Source of the DNA: Paragordius varius
Taxonomy: Eukaryota; Animalia; Nematomorpha
Direction of reading: 5' to 3'
Length of the DNA stretch: 64,000 bases
Assembly: GCA_964247055.1 (NCBI GenBank)
Contig: OZ176060.1
Location: forward strand, 930,001-994,000
Part shown: in pieces, positions 12,167 to 26,400 of the stretch
Layout of the letters: each line of letters opens with the position of its first letter
How positions within the stretch are numbered: the first letter of the stretch is position 1
Program-made: the position numbers and the translations under genes
The notes under the pieces: model-generated
What the model was told of the DNA's origin: nothing
Databases searched by the model: none
The model's input: the letters and a program-made list of their open reading frames with translations, nothing else

Positions 12167-13660
12167 TATTTGTTTTCTAAAACAAAACACTTTTTTTCTT
12201 GATAAATTTCTATAGATAGAAATTTCAAAAATTATAAAAATCGAAAAAAATAAGTAAAACGAAATAATCTAGAAATTAAAATTGATAATAAAAATAATAA
12301 TAATATTATCTATAATAAACACTTTTTTTTTAATAAATCTCCTTAGATAGAAATTTTATATAAATTCGAAAAAAATAAGTAAAAGGAAATAATCTAGAAA
12401 TTAAAATTTATAATAATAATATTAATGTCTGAAACAAAATACATTTTATAAAAAATCTCTTTTACTTAAAAGCTTAACAATATTACAGCGAGTATATACT
12501 TAATTACTTAAGTATTTTAAAAGCAAGGTTTTTTGAATCTAAAATCTTACTGTGGATTTCCTTTGATAATCCAAATGGAAAATAGAAATTTCAAGTAAAA
12601 ACTCGAAAAAAATAAGTAAAAGTAAATAATTTAGTAAAATTGTAATAAAAATATTATTCTCTAAAACAAAACACTTTTTTCTTGATAAGTCTCTTTTAGT
12701 TAAAAGCTTCTTAATATTACAGCGAGTATATACTACATTACTCAAGTATTTTAAAAGCAAGGTTTTTTAATCTAAAATATTCATCTGGCTTACTTGATTA
12801 AGTGAGATCAAGAAATAAAAATTTCAAATAAAAACTCGAAAATAAAAATAAGTAAAAGGAAAAAATTTAGTGAAATTGAAATAATAATAATATGATTATT
12901 CTTTAAAATAATTTTTTCTTGATAAATCGCTTTTACTTAAAAGCTTATTAATATTAAAGCGAGTATATACTTAATTACTTAAGTATTTTAGACAAAAATT
13001 CGAAAAAATTTTTTAATCTAAAATATAAATTTCAAATGAAAACTCAAAAAAATAAGTAAAAATAAGTTAAAGGAAACAATTTAGAAATTGAAATTGATAA
13101 TAAAAATAATGTTATTCTCTAAAACAAAACACTTTTTTCATAATAAATCTCTATAGATTGAAATTTCAATTAAAAACTCGAAAAAAATAAGTAAAAGGAA
13201 ATAATCTAGAAGAAATTGATAATAAAAAATAATATTATTCTCAAAAACAACATATACTTTTTTGGATAAATCTATATTTTAAAGTTTTCTAAAATTACAG
13301 CGAGTATAAACTTATTTAATCAAGTATTTTAAAAAAGGTTTTTTAAATCTAAAATTTTCATTTGGCTTACTTGTTTGAGTGAGGGCGAAAAATAAAAATT
13401 TCAATTAAAAGCTTGAATAAAATAAATTAAAGCAAATAATCTAATTAAAATTGATAATAATAATAATATTATTCTTTAAAAAAAACACTTTTTTTCTTAA
13501 TATATCACTTTTACCTAAAAGCTTCTTAATATTACAGCGAGTATATACTTAATTACTCAAGTATTTCAAGAAAAAGAAAGGTTTTTGAATCTAAAATATT
13601 CATCTGGCTTCCTTGCTCGAATGAGAACAAGAAATAAAAATTTCAAATAAAAACTTAAAA

Positions 13661-14424
13661 AAAATATATTTTAAAATTATTCAATTAATATATATTTTTT
13701 TATTTTATTAAAAAAACAATTTTAGTTTAAATATCGAAATAATATTCAAAAAAATAATAAATTATATAAAAATGATATATTTCATATTAATTATAATAAT
13801 AAAAAAAATATTGTCTTTATATTTTTAGACTTTTCTAAGGGTCTATAATAATCGGTACAGCTCTAAAACACGATTGAAAAAAATTACAATTTTTTTAAAA
13901 CTAATAATAAAACTTATAATAAAACATTTTTAAAATGGTATTTTTAAAATTATTTTCATTTTTTCAGATAAATTAAACCTTTTTTTTAAAAGCTAATAAT
14001 AAAACATTTAAAAAATTCCGTTTATATTTTATAAATTATTTTGATTTTCTCAGATAAATTAAACCATAAAATATACATTATTTGCTTCTCTTTTTTATCA
14101 AAAAATGATAAAAAGATGGCATATTTTGTTATATTTGTTAAGATATATAACATTTATTGGAATTAAATAATATTTAAATTGAAATTAAATGATAAGTAAT
14201 TATAATTATTATAAAATAATATAAAAATTTTAATAAACTAACATAAAATTAAATGAAAATATTCTATTTTTTTATTTTTTTTTTAAAATTTTTGTCCATA
14301 TTTTTTAAAACTTATTAAGTATATATATATATTATATATTAATTTAAAACTATATTTTTAAGGTAAATAAACACTTAAAGGTATTTAAAAGTATATAAAG
14401 AAATTTTTTAATGTAAATTACATT
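13661..14424. other. AT-rich non-tandem linker between A block 1 and satellite C
   Basis: No A, B, C or E motifs. 13668-13800 is duplicated at 36824-36950. Short internal duplication (CTAATAATAAAAC...TCAGATAAATTAAACC twice, ~13900-14066). Confidence 0.6.
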
Positions 14425-17400
14425 AAATTATTTAAAAGTAAATCAAGAAATATTTTTTTAAAAATACATAAAATTATTTAAAAGTTTGCAAAAAAATTTT
14501 TTAGAAAAATTATTTATAAAAGTTTCAAGAAATTTTTAATTCCACAAAAAAACCGAAAATTATTTAAAAGTTTATCAAGAAAATTTTTTAATTCCACAAA
14601 AAAATAGAAAATTATTTAAAAGTTTGCAATAAATTTTTTAATTCCACAAAAAAACAGAAAATTATTTAAAAAAGTTTCAAGAAATTTTTTAATTCCACAA
14701 AAAAACAGAAAATTATTTATAAAAGTTTTCAAGAAATTTTTTAATTCCACAAAAAAACAGAAAATTATTTAAAGTTTATCAAGAAATTTTTTAATTCCAC
14801 AAAAAAACAGAAAATTATTTAAAAGTTTATCAATTAATTTTTTAATTCCACAAAAAACAGAAAATTATTTAAGTTTATCAAGAAATTTTTTAATTCCACA
14901 AAAAAACAGAAAATTATATTAAAATATATTAAGAAAAATTTTAATTCCACAAAAAAACAGAAAATTATTTATAAAAGTTTCAAGAAATTTTTTAATTCCA
15001 CAAAAAAACAGAAAATTATTTAAAAGTTTATCAAGAAATTTTCTTGGAAAACACATAAAAATATAAAATTATTTAAAAAAGTTTCAAGAAATTTTTTAAT
15101 TCCACAAAAAAAAAGAAAATTATTTAAAAATTTGCAAGAAATTTTTTAATTCCACAAAAAACAGAGAAAATTATTTATAAGAGTTTCAAGAATATTTTTA
15201 ATTCCACAAAAAACACAGAAAATTATTTATAAGAGTTTCAAGAATATTTTTATTTCCACAAAAAACACAGAAAAGTATTTATAAGAGTTTCAAGAATATT
15301 TTTAATTCCACAAAAAACACAGAAAATTATTTATAAGAGTTTCAAGAATATTTTTAATTCCACAAAAAACACAGAAAATTATTTATAAGAGTTTCAAGAA
15401 TATTTTTAATTCCACAAAAAACACAGAAAATTATTTATAAGAGTTTCAAGAATATTTTTAATTCCACAAAAAACACAGAAAATTATTTATAAGAGTTTCA
15501 AGAATATTTTTAATTCCACAAAAAACACAGAAAATTATTTATAAGAGTTTCAAGAATATTTTTAATTCCACAAAAAACAGAGAAAATTATTTATAAGAGT
15601 TTCAAGAATATTTTTAATTCCACAAAAAACACAGAAAATTATTTATAAGAGTTTCAAGAATATTTTTATTTCCACAAAAAACACAGAAAAGTATTTATAA
15701 GAGTTTCAAGAATATTTTTAATTCCACAAAAAACACAGAAAATTATTTATAAGAGTTTCAAGAATATTTTTAATTCCACAAAAAACACAGAAAATTATTT
15801 ATAAGAGTTTCAAGAATATTTTTAATTCCACAAAAAACACAGAAAATTATTTATAAGAGTTTCAAGAATATTTTTAATTCCACAAAAAAACACAGAAAAT
15901 TATTTATAAGAGTTTCAAGAATATTTTTAATTCCACAAAAAAACACAGAAAATTATTTATAAGAGTTTCAAGAATATTTTTAATTCCACAAAAAAACACA
16001 GAAAATTATTTATAAAAGTTTCAAGAATATTTTTAATTCCACAAAAAAACACAGAAAATTATTTATAAGAGTTTCAAGAATATTTTTAATTCCACAAAAA
16101 ACACAGCAAATTATTTATAAGAGTTTCAAGAATATTTTTAATTCCGAAAAAAACACAGAGAGTTTCAAGAATATTTTTAATTCCACAAAAAAACACAGAA
16201 AATTATTTATAAAAGTTTCAAGAATATTTTTAATTCCACAAAAAAACACAGAAAATTATTTATAAGAGTTTCAAGAATATTTTTAATTCCACAAAAAACA
16301 CAGAAAATTATTTATAAGAGTTTCAACAATATTTTTAATTCCACAAAAAAACAGAAAATTATTTATAAGAGTTTCAAGAATATTTTTAATTCCACAAAAA
16401 ACACAGAGAGTTTCAAGAATATTTTTAATTCCACAAAAAAACACAGAAAATTATTTATAAAAGTTTCAAGAATATTTTTAATTCCACAAAAAAACACAGA
16501 AAATTATTTATAAGAGTTTCAAGAATATTTATAATTCCACAAAAAACACAGAAAATTATTTATAAGAAGAGTTTCAAGAATATTTTTAATTCCACAAAAA
16601 ACACAGCAAATTATTTATAAGAGTTTCAAGAATATTTTTAATTCCGAAAAAAACACAGAGAGTTTCAAGAATATTTTTAATTCCACAAAAAAACACAGAA
16701 AATTATTTATAAGAGTTTCAAGAATATTTTTAATTCCACAAAAAAACACAGAAAATTATTTATAAGAGTTTCAAGAATATTTTTAATTCCACACAAAAAA
16801 ACACAGAAAATTATTTATAAGAGTTTCAACAATATTTTTAATTCCACAAAAAAACAGAAAATTATTTATAAGAGTTTCAAGAATATTTTTAATTCCACAA
16901 AAAACACAGAGAGTTTCAAGAATATTTTTAATTCCACAAAAAAACACAGAAAATTATTTATAAAAGTTTCAAGAATATTTTTAATTCCACAAAAAAACAC
17001 AGAAAATTATTTATAAGAGTTTCAAGAATATTTATAATTCCACAAAAAACACAGAAAATTATTTATAAGAGTTTCAAGAATATTTTTAATTCCACAAAAA
17101 ACACAGAAAATTATTTATAAGAGTTTCAAGAATATTTTTAATTCCACACAAAAAACACAGAAAATTATTTATAAGAGTTTCAAGAATATTTATAATTCCA
17201 CAAAAAACACAGAAAATTATTTATAAGAAGAGTTTCAAGAATATTTTTAATTCCACAAAAAACACAGCAAATTATTTATAAGAGTTTCAAGAATATTTTT
17301 AATTCCGAAAAAAACACAGAGAGTTTCAAGAATATTTTTAATTCCACAAAAAAACACAGAAAATTATTTATAAGAAGAGTTTCAAGAATATTTTTAATTC

Positions 17401-20400
17401 CACAAAAAACACAGCAAATTATTTATAAGAGTTTCAAGAATATTTTTAATTCCACAAAAAACACAGAAAATTATTTATAAGAAGAGTTTCAAGAATATTT
17501 TTAATTCCACAAAAAACACAGAAAATTATTTATAAGAAAAGTTTCAAGAATATTGTTAATTCCACAAAAAACACAGAAAATTATTTATAAGAAGAGTTTC
17601 AAGAATATTTTTAATTCCACAAAAAACACAGAAAATTATTTATAAGAGTTTCAAGAATATTTTTAATTCCACAAAAAAACAGAAAATTATTTATAAGAAG
17701 AGTTTCAAGAATATTTTTAATTCCACAAAAAACACATAAAATTATTTATAAGAAGAGTTTCAAGAATATTTTTAATTCCACAAAAAACACAGCAAATTAT
17801 TTATAAGAGTTTCAAGAATATTTTTAATTCCACAAAAAACACAGCAAATTATTTATAAGAGTTTCAAGAATATTTTTAATTCCACACAAAAAAACACAGA
17901 AAATTATTTATAAGAGTTTCAAGAATATTTTTAATTCCACAAAAAACACAGAAAATTATTTATAAGAAGAGTTTCAAGAATATTTTTAATTCCACAAAAA
18001 ACACAGCAAATTATTTATAAGAGTTTCAAGAATATTTTTAATTCCACAAAAAACACAGAAAATTATTTATAAGAAGAGTTTCAAGAATATTTTTAATTCC
18101 ACAAAAAACACAGCAAATTATTTATAAGAGTTTCAAGAATATTTTTAATTCCACAAAAAACACAGAAAATTATTTATAAGAGTTTCAAGAATATTTTTAA
18201 TTTCACACAAAAAAACACAGAAAATTATTTATAAGAGTTTCAAGAATATTTTTAATTCCACAAAAAACACAGAAAATTATTTATAAGAAGAGTTTCAAGA
18301 ATATTTTTAATTCCACAAAAAACACAGCAAATTATTTATAAGAGTTTCAAGAATATTTTTAATTCCACAAAAAACACAGCAAATTATTTATAAGAGTTTC
18401 AAGAATATTTTTAATTCCACAAAAAAACACAGAAAATTATTTATAAGAGTTTCAAGAATATTTTTAATTCCACAAAAAAACAGAAAATTATTTATAAGAG
18501 TTTCAAGAATATTTTTAATTCCACAAAAAACACAGAAAATTATTTATAAGAAGAGTTTCAAGAATATTTTTAATTCCACAAAAAACACAGCAAATTATTT
18601 ATAAGAGTTTCAAGAATATTTTTAATTCCACAAAAAACACAGCAAATTATTTATAAGAGTTTCAAGAATATTTTTAATTCCACAAAAAACACAGCAAATT
18701 ATTTATAAGAGTTTCAAGAATATTTTTAATTCCACAAAAAAACACAGAAAATTATTTATAAGAGTTTCAAGAATATTTTTAATTCCACAAAAAAACAGAA
18801 AATTATTTATAAGAAGAGTTTCAAGAATATTTTTAATTCCACAAAAAACACAGAAAATTATTTATAAGAGTTTCAAGAATATTTTTAATTCCACACAAAA
18901 AAACACAGAAAATTATTTATAAGAGTTTCAAGAATATTTTTAATTCCACAAAAAACACAGAAAATTATTTATAAGAAGAGTTTCAAGAATATTTTTAATT
19001 CCACAAAAAACACAGCAAATTATTTATAAGAGTTTCAAGAATATTTTTAATTCCACAAAAAACACAGCAAATTATTTATAAGAGTTTCAAGAATATTTTT
19101 AATTCCACAAAAAAACACAGAAAATTATTTATAAGAGTTTCAAGAATATTTTTAATTCCACACAAAAAAACACAGAAAATTATTTATAAGAGTTTCAAGA
19201 ATATTTTTAATTCCACAAAAAACACAGAAAATTATTTATAAGAAGAGTTTCAAGAATATTTTTAATTCCACAAAAAACACAGAAAATTATTTATAAGAGT
19301 TTCAAGAATATTTTTAATTTCACACAAAAAAACACAGAAAATTATTTATAAGAGTTTCAAGAAATTTTTTAATTCCACAAAAAAACAGAAAATTATTTAT
19401 AAAAGTTTATCAAGAAAATTTTTAATTCCACAAAAAAACAGAAATTTATTTATAAGAAGAGTTTCAAGAAATTTTTAATTCCACAAAAAAAAACACAGAA
19501 AATTATTTATAAGAGTTTCAAGAATATTTTTAATTCCACAAAAAACACAGAAAAGTATTTATAAGAGTTTCAAGAATATTTTTAATTCCACAAAAAACAC
19601 AGAAAAGTATTTATAAGAGTTTCAAGAATATTTTTAATTCCACAAAAAAACACATAAAATTATTTATAAGAGTTTCAAGAATATTTTTAATTCCACAAAA
19701 AACACAGAAAAGTATTTATAAGAGTTTCAAGAATATTTTTAATTCCACAAAAAAACACATAAAATTATTTATAAGAGTTTCAAGAATATTTTTAATTCCA
19801 CAGAAAACACATAAAATTATTTATAAGAGTTTCAAGAATATTTTTAATTCCACAAAAAAAAACACAGAAAATTATTTATAAGAGTTTCAAGAATATTTTT
19901 AATTCCACAAAAAACACAGAAAAGTATTTATAAGAGTTTCAAGAATATTTTTAATTCCACAAAAAACACAGAAAAGTATTTATAAGAGTTTCAAGAATAT
20001 TTTTAATTCCACAAAAAAACACATAAAATTATTTATAAGAGTTTCAAGAATATTTTTAATTCCACAGAAAACACATAAAATTATTTATAAGAGTTTCAAG
20101 AATATTTTTAATTCCACAGAAAACACATAAAATTATTTATAAGAGTTTCAAGAATATTTTTAATTCCACAAAAAAACAGAAAATTATTTATAAGAGTTTC
20201 AAGAATATTTTTAATTCCACAAAAAACACAGCAAATTATTTATAAGAGTTTCAAGAATATTTTTAATTCCACAAAAAACACAGCAAATTATTTATAAGAG
20301 TTTCAAGAATATTTTTAATTCCACAAAAAACACAGCAAATTATTTATAAAAGTTTCAATAATATTTTTAATTCCACAAAAAACACAGAAAAGTATTTATA

Positions 20401-23400
20401 AGAGTTTCAAGAATATTTTTAATTCCACAAAAAAACACATAAAATTATTTATAAGAGTTTCAAGAATATTTTTAATTCCACAAAAAAACAGAAAATTATT
20501 TATAAGAGTTTCAAGAATATTTTTAATTCCACAAAAAAACAGAAAATTATTTATAAGAGTTTCAAGAATATTTTTAATTCCACAAAAAACACAGCAAATT
20601 ATTTATAAGAGTTTCAAGAATATTTTTAATTCCACAAAAAACACAGCAAATTATTTATAAGAGTTTCAAGAATATTTTTAATTCCACAAAAAACACAGCA
20701 AATTATTTATAAAAGTTTCAATAATATTTTTAATTCCACAAAAAACACAGAAAAGTATTTATAAGAGTTTCAAGAATATTTTTAATTCCACAAAAAACAC
20801 AGAAAAGTATTTATAAGAGTTTCAAGAATATTTTTAATTCCACAAAAAACACAGCAAATTATTTATAAGAGTTTCAAGAATATTTTTAATTCCACAAAAA
20901 ACACAGCAAATTATTTATAAAAGTTTCAATAATATTTTTAATTCCACAAAAAACACAGCAAATTATTTATAAAAGTTTCAATAATATTTTTAATTCCACA
21001 AAAAACACAGAAAAGTATTTATAAGAGTTTCAAGAATATTTTTAATTCCACAAAAAACACAGAAAAGTATTTATAAGAGTTTCAAGAATATTTTTAATTC
21101 CACAAAAAACACAGAAAAGTATTTATAAGAGTTTCAAGAATATTTTTAATTCCACAAAAAACACAGAAAAGTATTTATAAGAGTTTCAAGAATATTTTTA
21201 ATTCCACAAAAAAACAGAAAATTATTTATAAGAGTTTCAAGAATATTTTTAATTCCACAAAAAACACAGCAAATTATTTATAAGAGTTTCAAGAATATTT
21301 TTAATTCCACAAAAAACACAGCAAATTATTTATAAGAGTTTCAAGAATATTTTTAATTCCACAAAAAACACAGCAAATTATTTATAAAAGTTTCAATAAT
21401 ATTTTTAATTCCACAAAAAACACAGAAAAGTATTTATAAGAGTTTCAAGAATATTTTTAATTCCACAAAAAACACAGAAAAGTATTTATAAGAGTTTCAA
21501 GAATATTTTTAATTCCACAAAAAAACACATAAAATTATTTATAAGAGTTTCAAGAATATTTTTAATTCCACAGAAAACACATAAAATTATTTATAAGAGT
21601 TTCAAGAATATTTTTAATTCCACAAAAAAACACAGAAAATTATTTATAAGAAGAGTTTCAAGAATATTTTTAATTCCACAGAAAAACACAGAAAATTATT
21701 TATAAGAGTTTCAAGAATATTTTTAATTCCACAAAAAAACACAGCAAATTATTTATAAGAGTTTCAAGAATATTTTTAATTCCACAAAAAACACAGAAAA
21801 TTATTTATAAGAAGAGTTTCAAGAATATTTTTAATTCCACAAAAAAACACAGAAAATTATTTATAAGAAAAGTTTCAAGAATATTTTTAATTCCACAAAA
21901 AACACAGCAAATTATTTATAAGAGTTTCAGGAATATTTTTAATTCCACAAAAAACACATAAAATTATTTATAAAAGTTTCAAGAAATTTTTTAATTCAAA
22001 AACAGAAAATTATTTAAAAGTATATCAAGAAATTTTTAATTCCACAAAAAAATATAAAATTATTTATAAGAGTTTCAGGAATATTTTTAATTCCACAAAA
22101 AACACAGCAAATTATTTATAAAAGTTTCAAGAAATTTTTTAATTCCACAAAAAAAACAGAAAATTATTTAAAATTATATCAAAAAATTTTTTAATTCCAC
22201 AAAAAACACAGAAAATTATTTATAAGAGTTTCAAGAATATTTTTAATTCCACAAAAAAACAGAAAATTATTTATAAAAGTTTCTAGAAATTTTTTAATTC
22301 CACAAAAAACACAGAAAATTATTTATAAGAGTTTCAAGAATATTTTTAATTCCACAAAAAAACAGAAAATTATTTATAAAAGTTTCTAGAAATTTTTTAA
22401 TTCCACAAAAACACAGAAAATTATTTATAAGAAGAGTTTCAAGAATATTTTAAATTCCACAAAAAACACAGAAAATTATTTAAAGAAGTTTTTCAAGAAT
22501 ATTTTTAATTCCACAAAAAACACAGCAAATTATTTATAAGAGTTTCAAGAATATTTTTAATTCCACAAAAAACACAGAAAATTATTTAAAGAAGTTTTTC
22601 AAGAATATTTTTAATTCCACACAAAAACACAGCAAATTATTTATAAAAGTTTCAAGAAATTTTTTAATTCCACAAAAAAAACAGAAAATTATTTAAAATT
22701 ATATCAAAAAATTTTTTAATTCCACAAAAAACACAGAAAATTATTTATAAGAAAAGTTTCAAGAATATTTTTAATTCCACAAAAAAACAAAGAAAATTAT
22801 TTATAAGAAAAGTTTCAAGAATATTTTTAATTCCACAAAAACACAGAAAATTATTTATAAGAGTTTCAAGAATATTTTTAATTCCACACAAAAAACACAG
22901 AAAATTATTCATAAGAGTTTCAAGAATATTTTTAATTCCACAAAAAACACAGAAAATTATTTATAAGAGTTTCAAGATTATTTTTAATTCCACAAAAAAC
23001 ACAGAAAATTATTCATAAGAGTTTCAAGAATATTTTTAATTCCACAAAAAACACAGAAAATTATTCATAAGAGTTTCAAGAATATTTTTAATTCCACAAA
23101 AAACACAGAAAATTATTCATAAGAGTTTCAAGAATATTTTTAATTCCACAAAAAAACACAGAAAATTATTTATAAGAGTTTCAAGAATATTTTTAATTCC
23201 ACAAAAACACAGAAATTTATTTATAAGAAGAGTTTCAAGAATATTTTTAATTCCACAAAAAACACAGAAAATTATTTATAAGAGTTTCAAGAATATTTTT
23301 AATTCCACAAAAAAACACAGCAAATTATTTATAAGAGTTTCAAGAATATTTTTAATTCCACAAAAAACACAGAAAATTATTTATAAGAGTTTCAAGAATA

Positions 23401-26400
23401 TTTTTAATTCCACAAAAAAACACAGCAAATTATTTATAAGAGTTTCAAGAATATTTTTAATTCCACAGAAAAACACAGAAAATTATTTATAAGAGTTTCA
23501 AGAATATTTTTAATTCCACACAAAACACAGCAAATTATTTATAAGAAGAGTTTCAAGAATATTTTTAATTCCACAAAAAAACACAGCAAATTATTTATAA
23601 GAGTTTCAAGAATATTTTTAATTCCACACACAAACACAGAAAATTATTTATAAGAGTTTCAAGAATATTTTTAATTCCACAAAAAACACAGCAAATTATT
23701 TATAAGAAGAGTTTCAAGAATATTTTTAATTCCACAAAAAAACACAGCAAATTATTTATAAGAGTTTCAAGAATATTTTTAATTCCACAAAAAACACAGA
23801 AAATTATTTATAAGAGTTTCAAGAATATTTTTAATTCCACAAAAAACACAGCAAATTATTTATAAGAGTTTCAAGAATATTTTTAATTCCACAAAAAACA
23901 CAGCAAATTATTTATAAGAAGAGTTTCAAGAATATTTTTAATTCCACACACAAACACAGAAAATTATTTATAAGAGTTTCAAGAATATTTTTAATTCCAC
24001 AAAAAACACAGAAAAGTATTTATAAGAGTTTCAAGAATATTTTTAATTCCACAAAAAACACAGCAAATTATTTATAAGAAGAGTTTCAAGAATATTTTTA
24101 ATTCCACAGAAAAACAGAAAATTATTTATAAGAGTTTCAAGAATATTTTTAATTCCACACACAAACACAGAAAATTATTTATAAGAGTTTCAAGAATATT
24201 TTTAATTCCACACACAAACACAGAAAATTATTTATAAGAGTTTCAAGAATATTTTTAATTCCACACACAAACACAGAAAATTATTTATAAGAGTTTCAAG
24301 AATATTTTTAATTCCACACACAAACACAGAAAATTATTTATAAGAGTTTCAAGAATATTTTTAATTCCACACAAAACACAGCAAATTATTTATAAGAAGA
24401 GTTTCAAGAATATTTTTAATTCCACACACAAACACAGAAAATTATTTATAAGAGTTTCAAGAATATTTTTAATTCCACACAAAACACAGCAAATTATTTA
24501 TAAGAAGAGTTTCAAGAATATTTTTAATTCCACAAAAAACACAGCAAATTATTTATAAGAAGAGTTTCAAGAATATTTTTAATTCCACAAAAAACACAGA
24601 AAAGTATTTATAAGAGTTTCAAGAATATTTTTAATTCCACACAAAACACAGCAAATTATTTATAAGAGTTTCAAGAATATTTTTAATTCCACACAAAACA
24701 CAGCAAATTATTTATAAGAAGAGTTTCAAGAATATTTTTAATTCCACAGAAAAACAGAAAATTATTTATAAGAGTTTCAAGAATATTTTTAATTCCACAC
24801 ACAAACACAGAAAATTATTTATAAGAGTTTCAAGAATATTTTTAATTCCACAAAAAACACAGCAAATTATTTATAAGAGTTTCAAGAATATTTTTAATTC
24901 CACAAAAAACACAGAAAATTATTTATAAGAGTTTCAAGAATATTTTTAATTCCACAAAAAACACAGCAAATTATTTATAAGAAGAGTTTCAAGAATATTT
25001 TTAATTCCACAAAAAACACAGCAAATTATTTATAAGAAGAGTTTCAAGAATATTTTTAATTCCACAAAAAACACAGCAAATTATTTATAAGAAGAGTTTC
25101 AAGAATATTTTTAATTCCACACAAAAACACAGAAAATTATTTATAAGAGTTTCAAGAATATTTTTAATTCCACAAAAAACACAGAAAATTATTTATAAGA
25201 GTTTCAAGAATATTTTTAATTCCACACAAAAACACAGAAAATTATTTATAAGAGTTTCAAGAATATTTTTAATTCCACAAAAAACACAGAAAATTATTTA
25301 TAAGAAGAGTTTCAAGAATATTTTTAATTCCACACAAAAACACAGAAAATTATTTATAAGAGTTTCAAGAATATTTTTAATTCCACAAAAAACACAGCAA
25401 ATTATTTATAAGAAGAGTTTCAAGAATATTTTTAATTCCACACAAAAACACAGAAAATTATTTATAAGAGTTTCAAGAATATTTTTAATTCCACAAAAAA
25501 CACAGCAAATTATTTATAAGAAGAGTTTCAAGAATATTTTTAATTCCACAAAAAACACAGAAAATTATTTATAAGAAGAGTTTCAAGAATATTTTTAATT
25601 CCACAAAAAACACAGAAAATTATTTATAAGAGTTTCAAGAATATTTTTAATTCCACACAAAAACACAGAAAATTATTTATAAGAGTTTCAAGAATATTTT
25701 TAATTCCACAAAAAACACAGAAAATTATTTATAAGAGTTTCAAGAATATTTTTAATTCCACACAAAAACACAGAAAATTATTTATAAGAGTTTCAAGAAT
25801 ATTTTTAATTCCACAGAAAAACAGAGAAAATTATTTATAAGAAAAGTTTCAAGAATATTTTTAATTCCACAAAAAACACAGAAAATTATTTATAAGAGTT
25901 TCAAGAATATTTTTAATTCCACAGAAAAACAGAGAAAATTATTTATAAGAAAAGTTTCAAGAATATTTTTAATTCCACAAAAAACACAGAAAATTATTTA
26001 TAAGAGGTTCAAGAATATTTTTAATTCCACAAAAAACACAGCAAATTATTTATAAGAGTTTCAAGAATATTTTTAATTTAACAAAAAAACAGAAAATTAT
26101 TTATAAGAGTTTCAAGAATATTTTTAATTCCACAAAAAACACAGAAAATTATTTATAAGAGTTTCAAGAATATTTTTAATTCCACAAAAAACACACAAAA
26201 TTATTTATAAGAGTTTCATGAATATTTTTAATTCCACAAAAACACAGAAAATTATTTATAAGAGTTTCAAGAATATTTTTAATTCCACACAAAAACACAG
26301 AAAATTATTTATAAGAAGAGTTTCAAGAATATTTTTAATTCCACACAAAAACACAGAAAATTATTTATAAGAAGAGTTTCAAGAATATTTTTAATTCCAC

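Larger units (their letters stand above)
1..13660 (+). repeat. Family A modular tandem repeat, block 1 (interrupted by B elements)
   Basis: Recurring leader AAAACTCGAAAAAAATAAGTAAAAGGAAATAATCTAGAAATTGAAATTG...AAACACTTTTTTCTT[G/A]ATAAATCTCT, then core AAAAGCTT..AATATTA[C/A]AGCGAGTATATACT[ACAT/TAAT]TACTCAAGTATTTT. About 36 cores by hand (e.g. 91, 243, 1249, 4131, 9474, 13537). Continues off the left edge of the window. Confidence 0.95.

Noticed and set aside
1-13660. Family A core as a CRISPR direct repeat
   Set aside because: The inter-core sequences are homologous to each other rather than unique spacers, are 100-250 bp and variable, and no cas genes are present.
13960-14070. TTTTCAG / TTCTCAG as splice acceptors of a hidden gene
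   Set aside because: They are part of a small local duplication, and no open exon-like reading frames or consistent donors are nearby.
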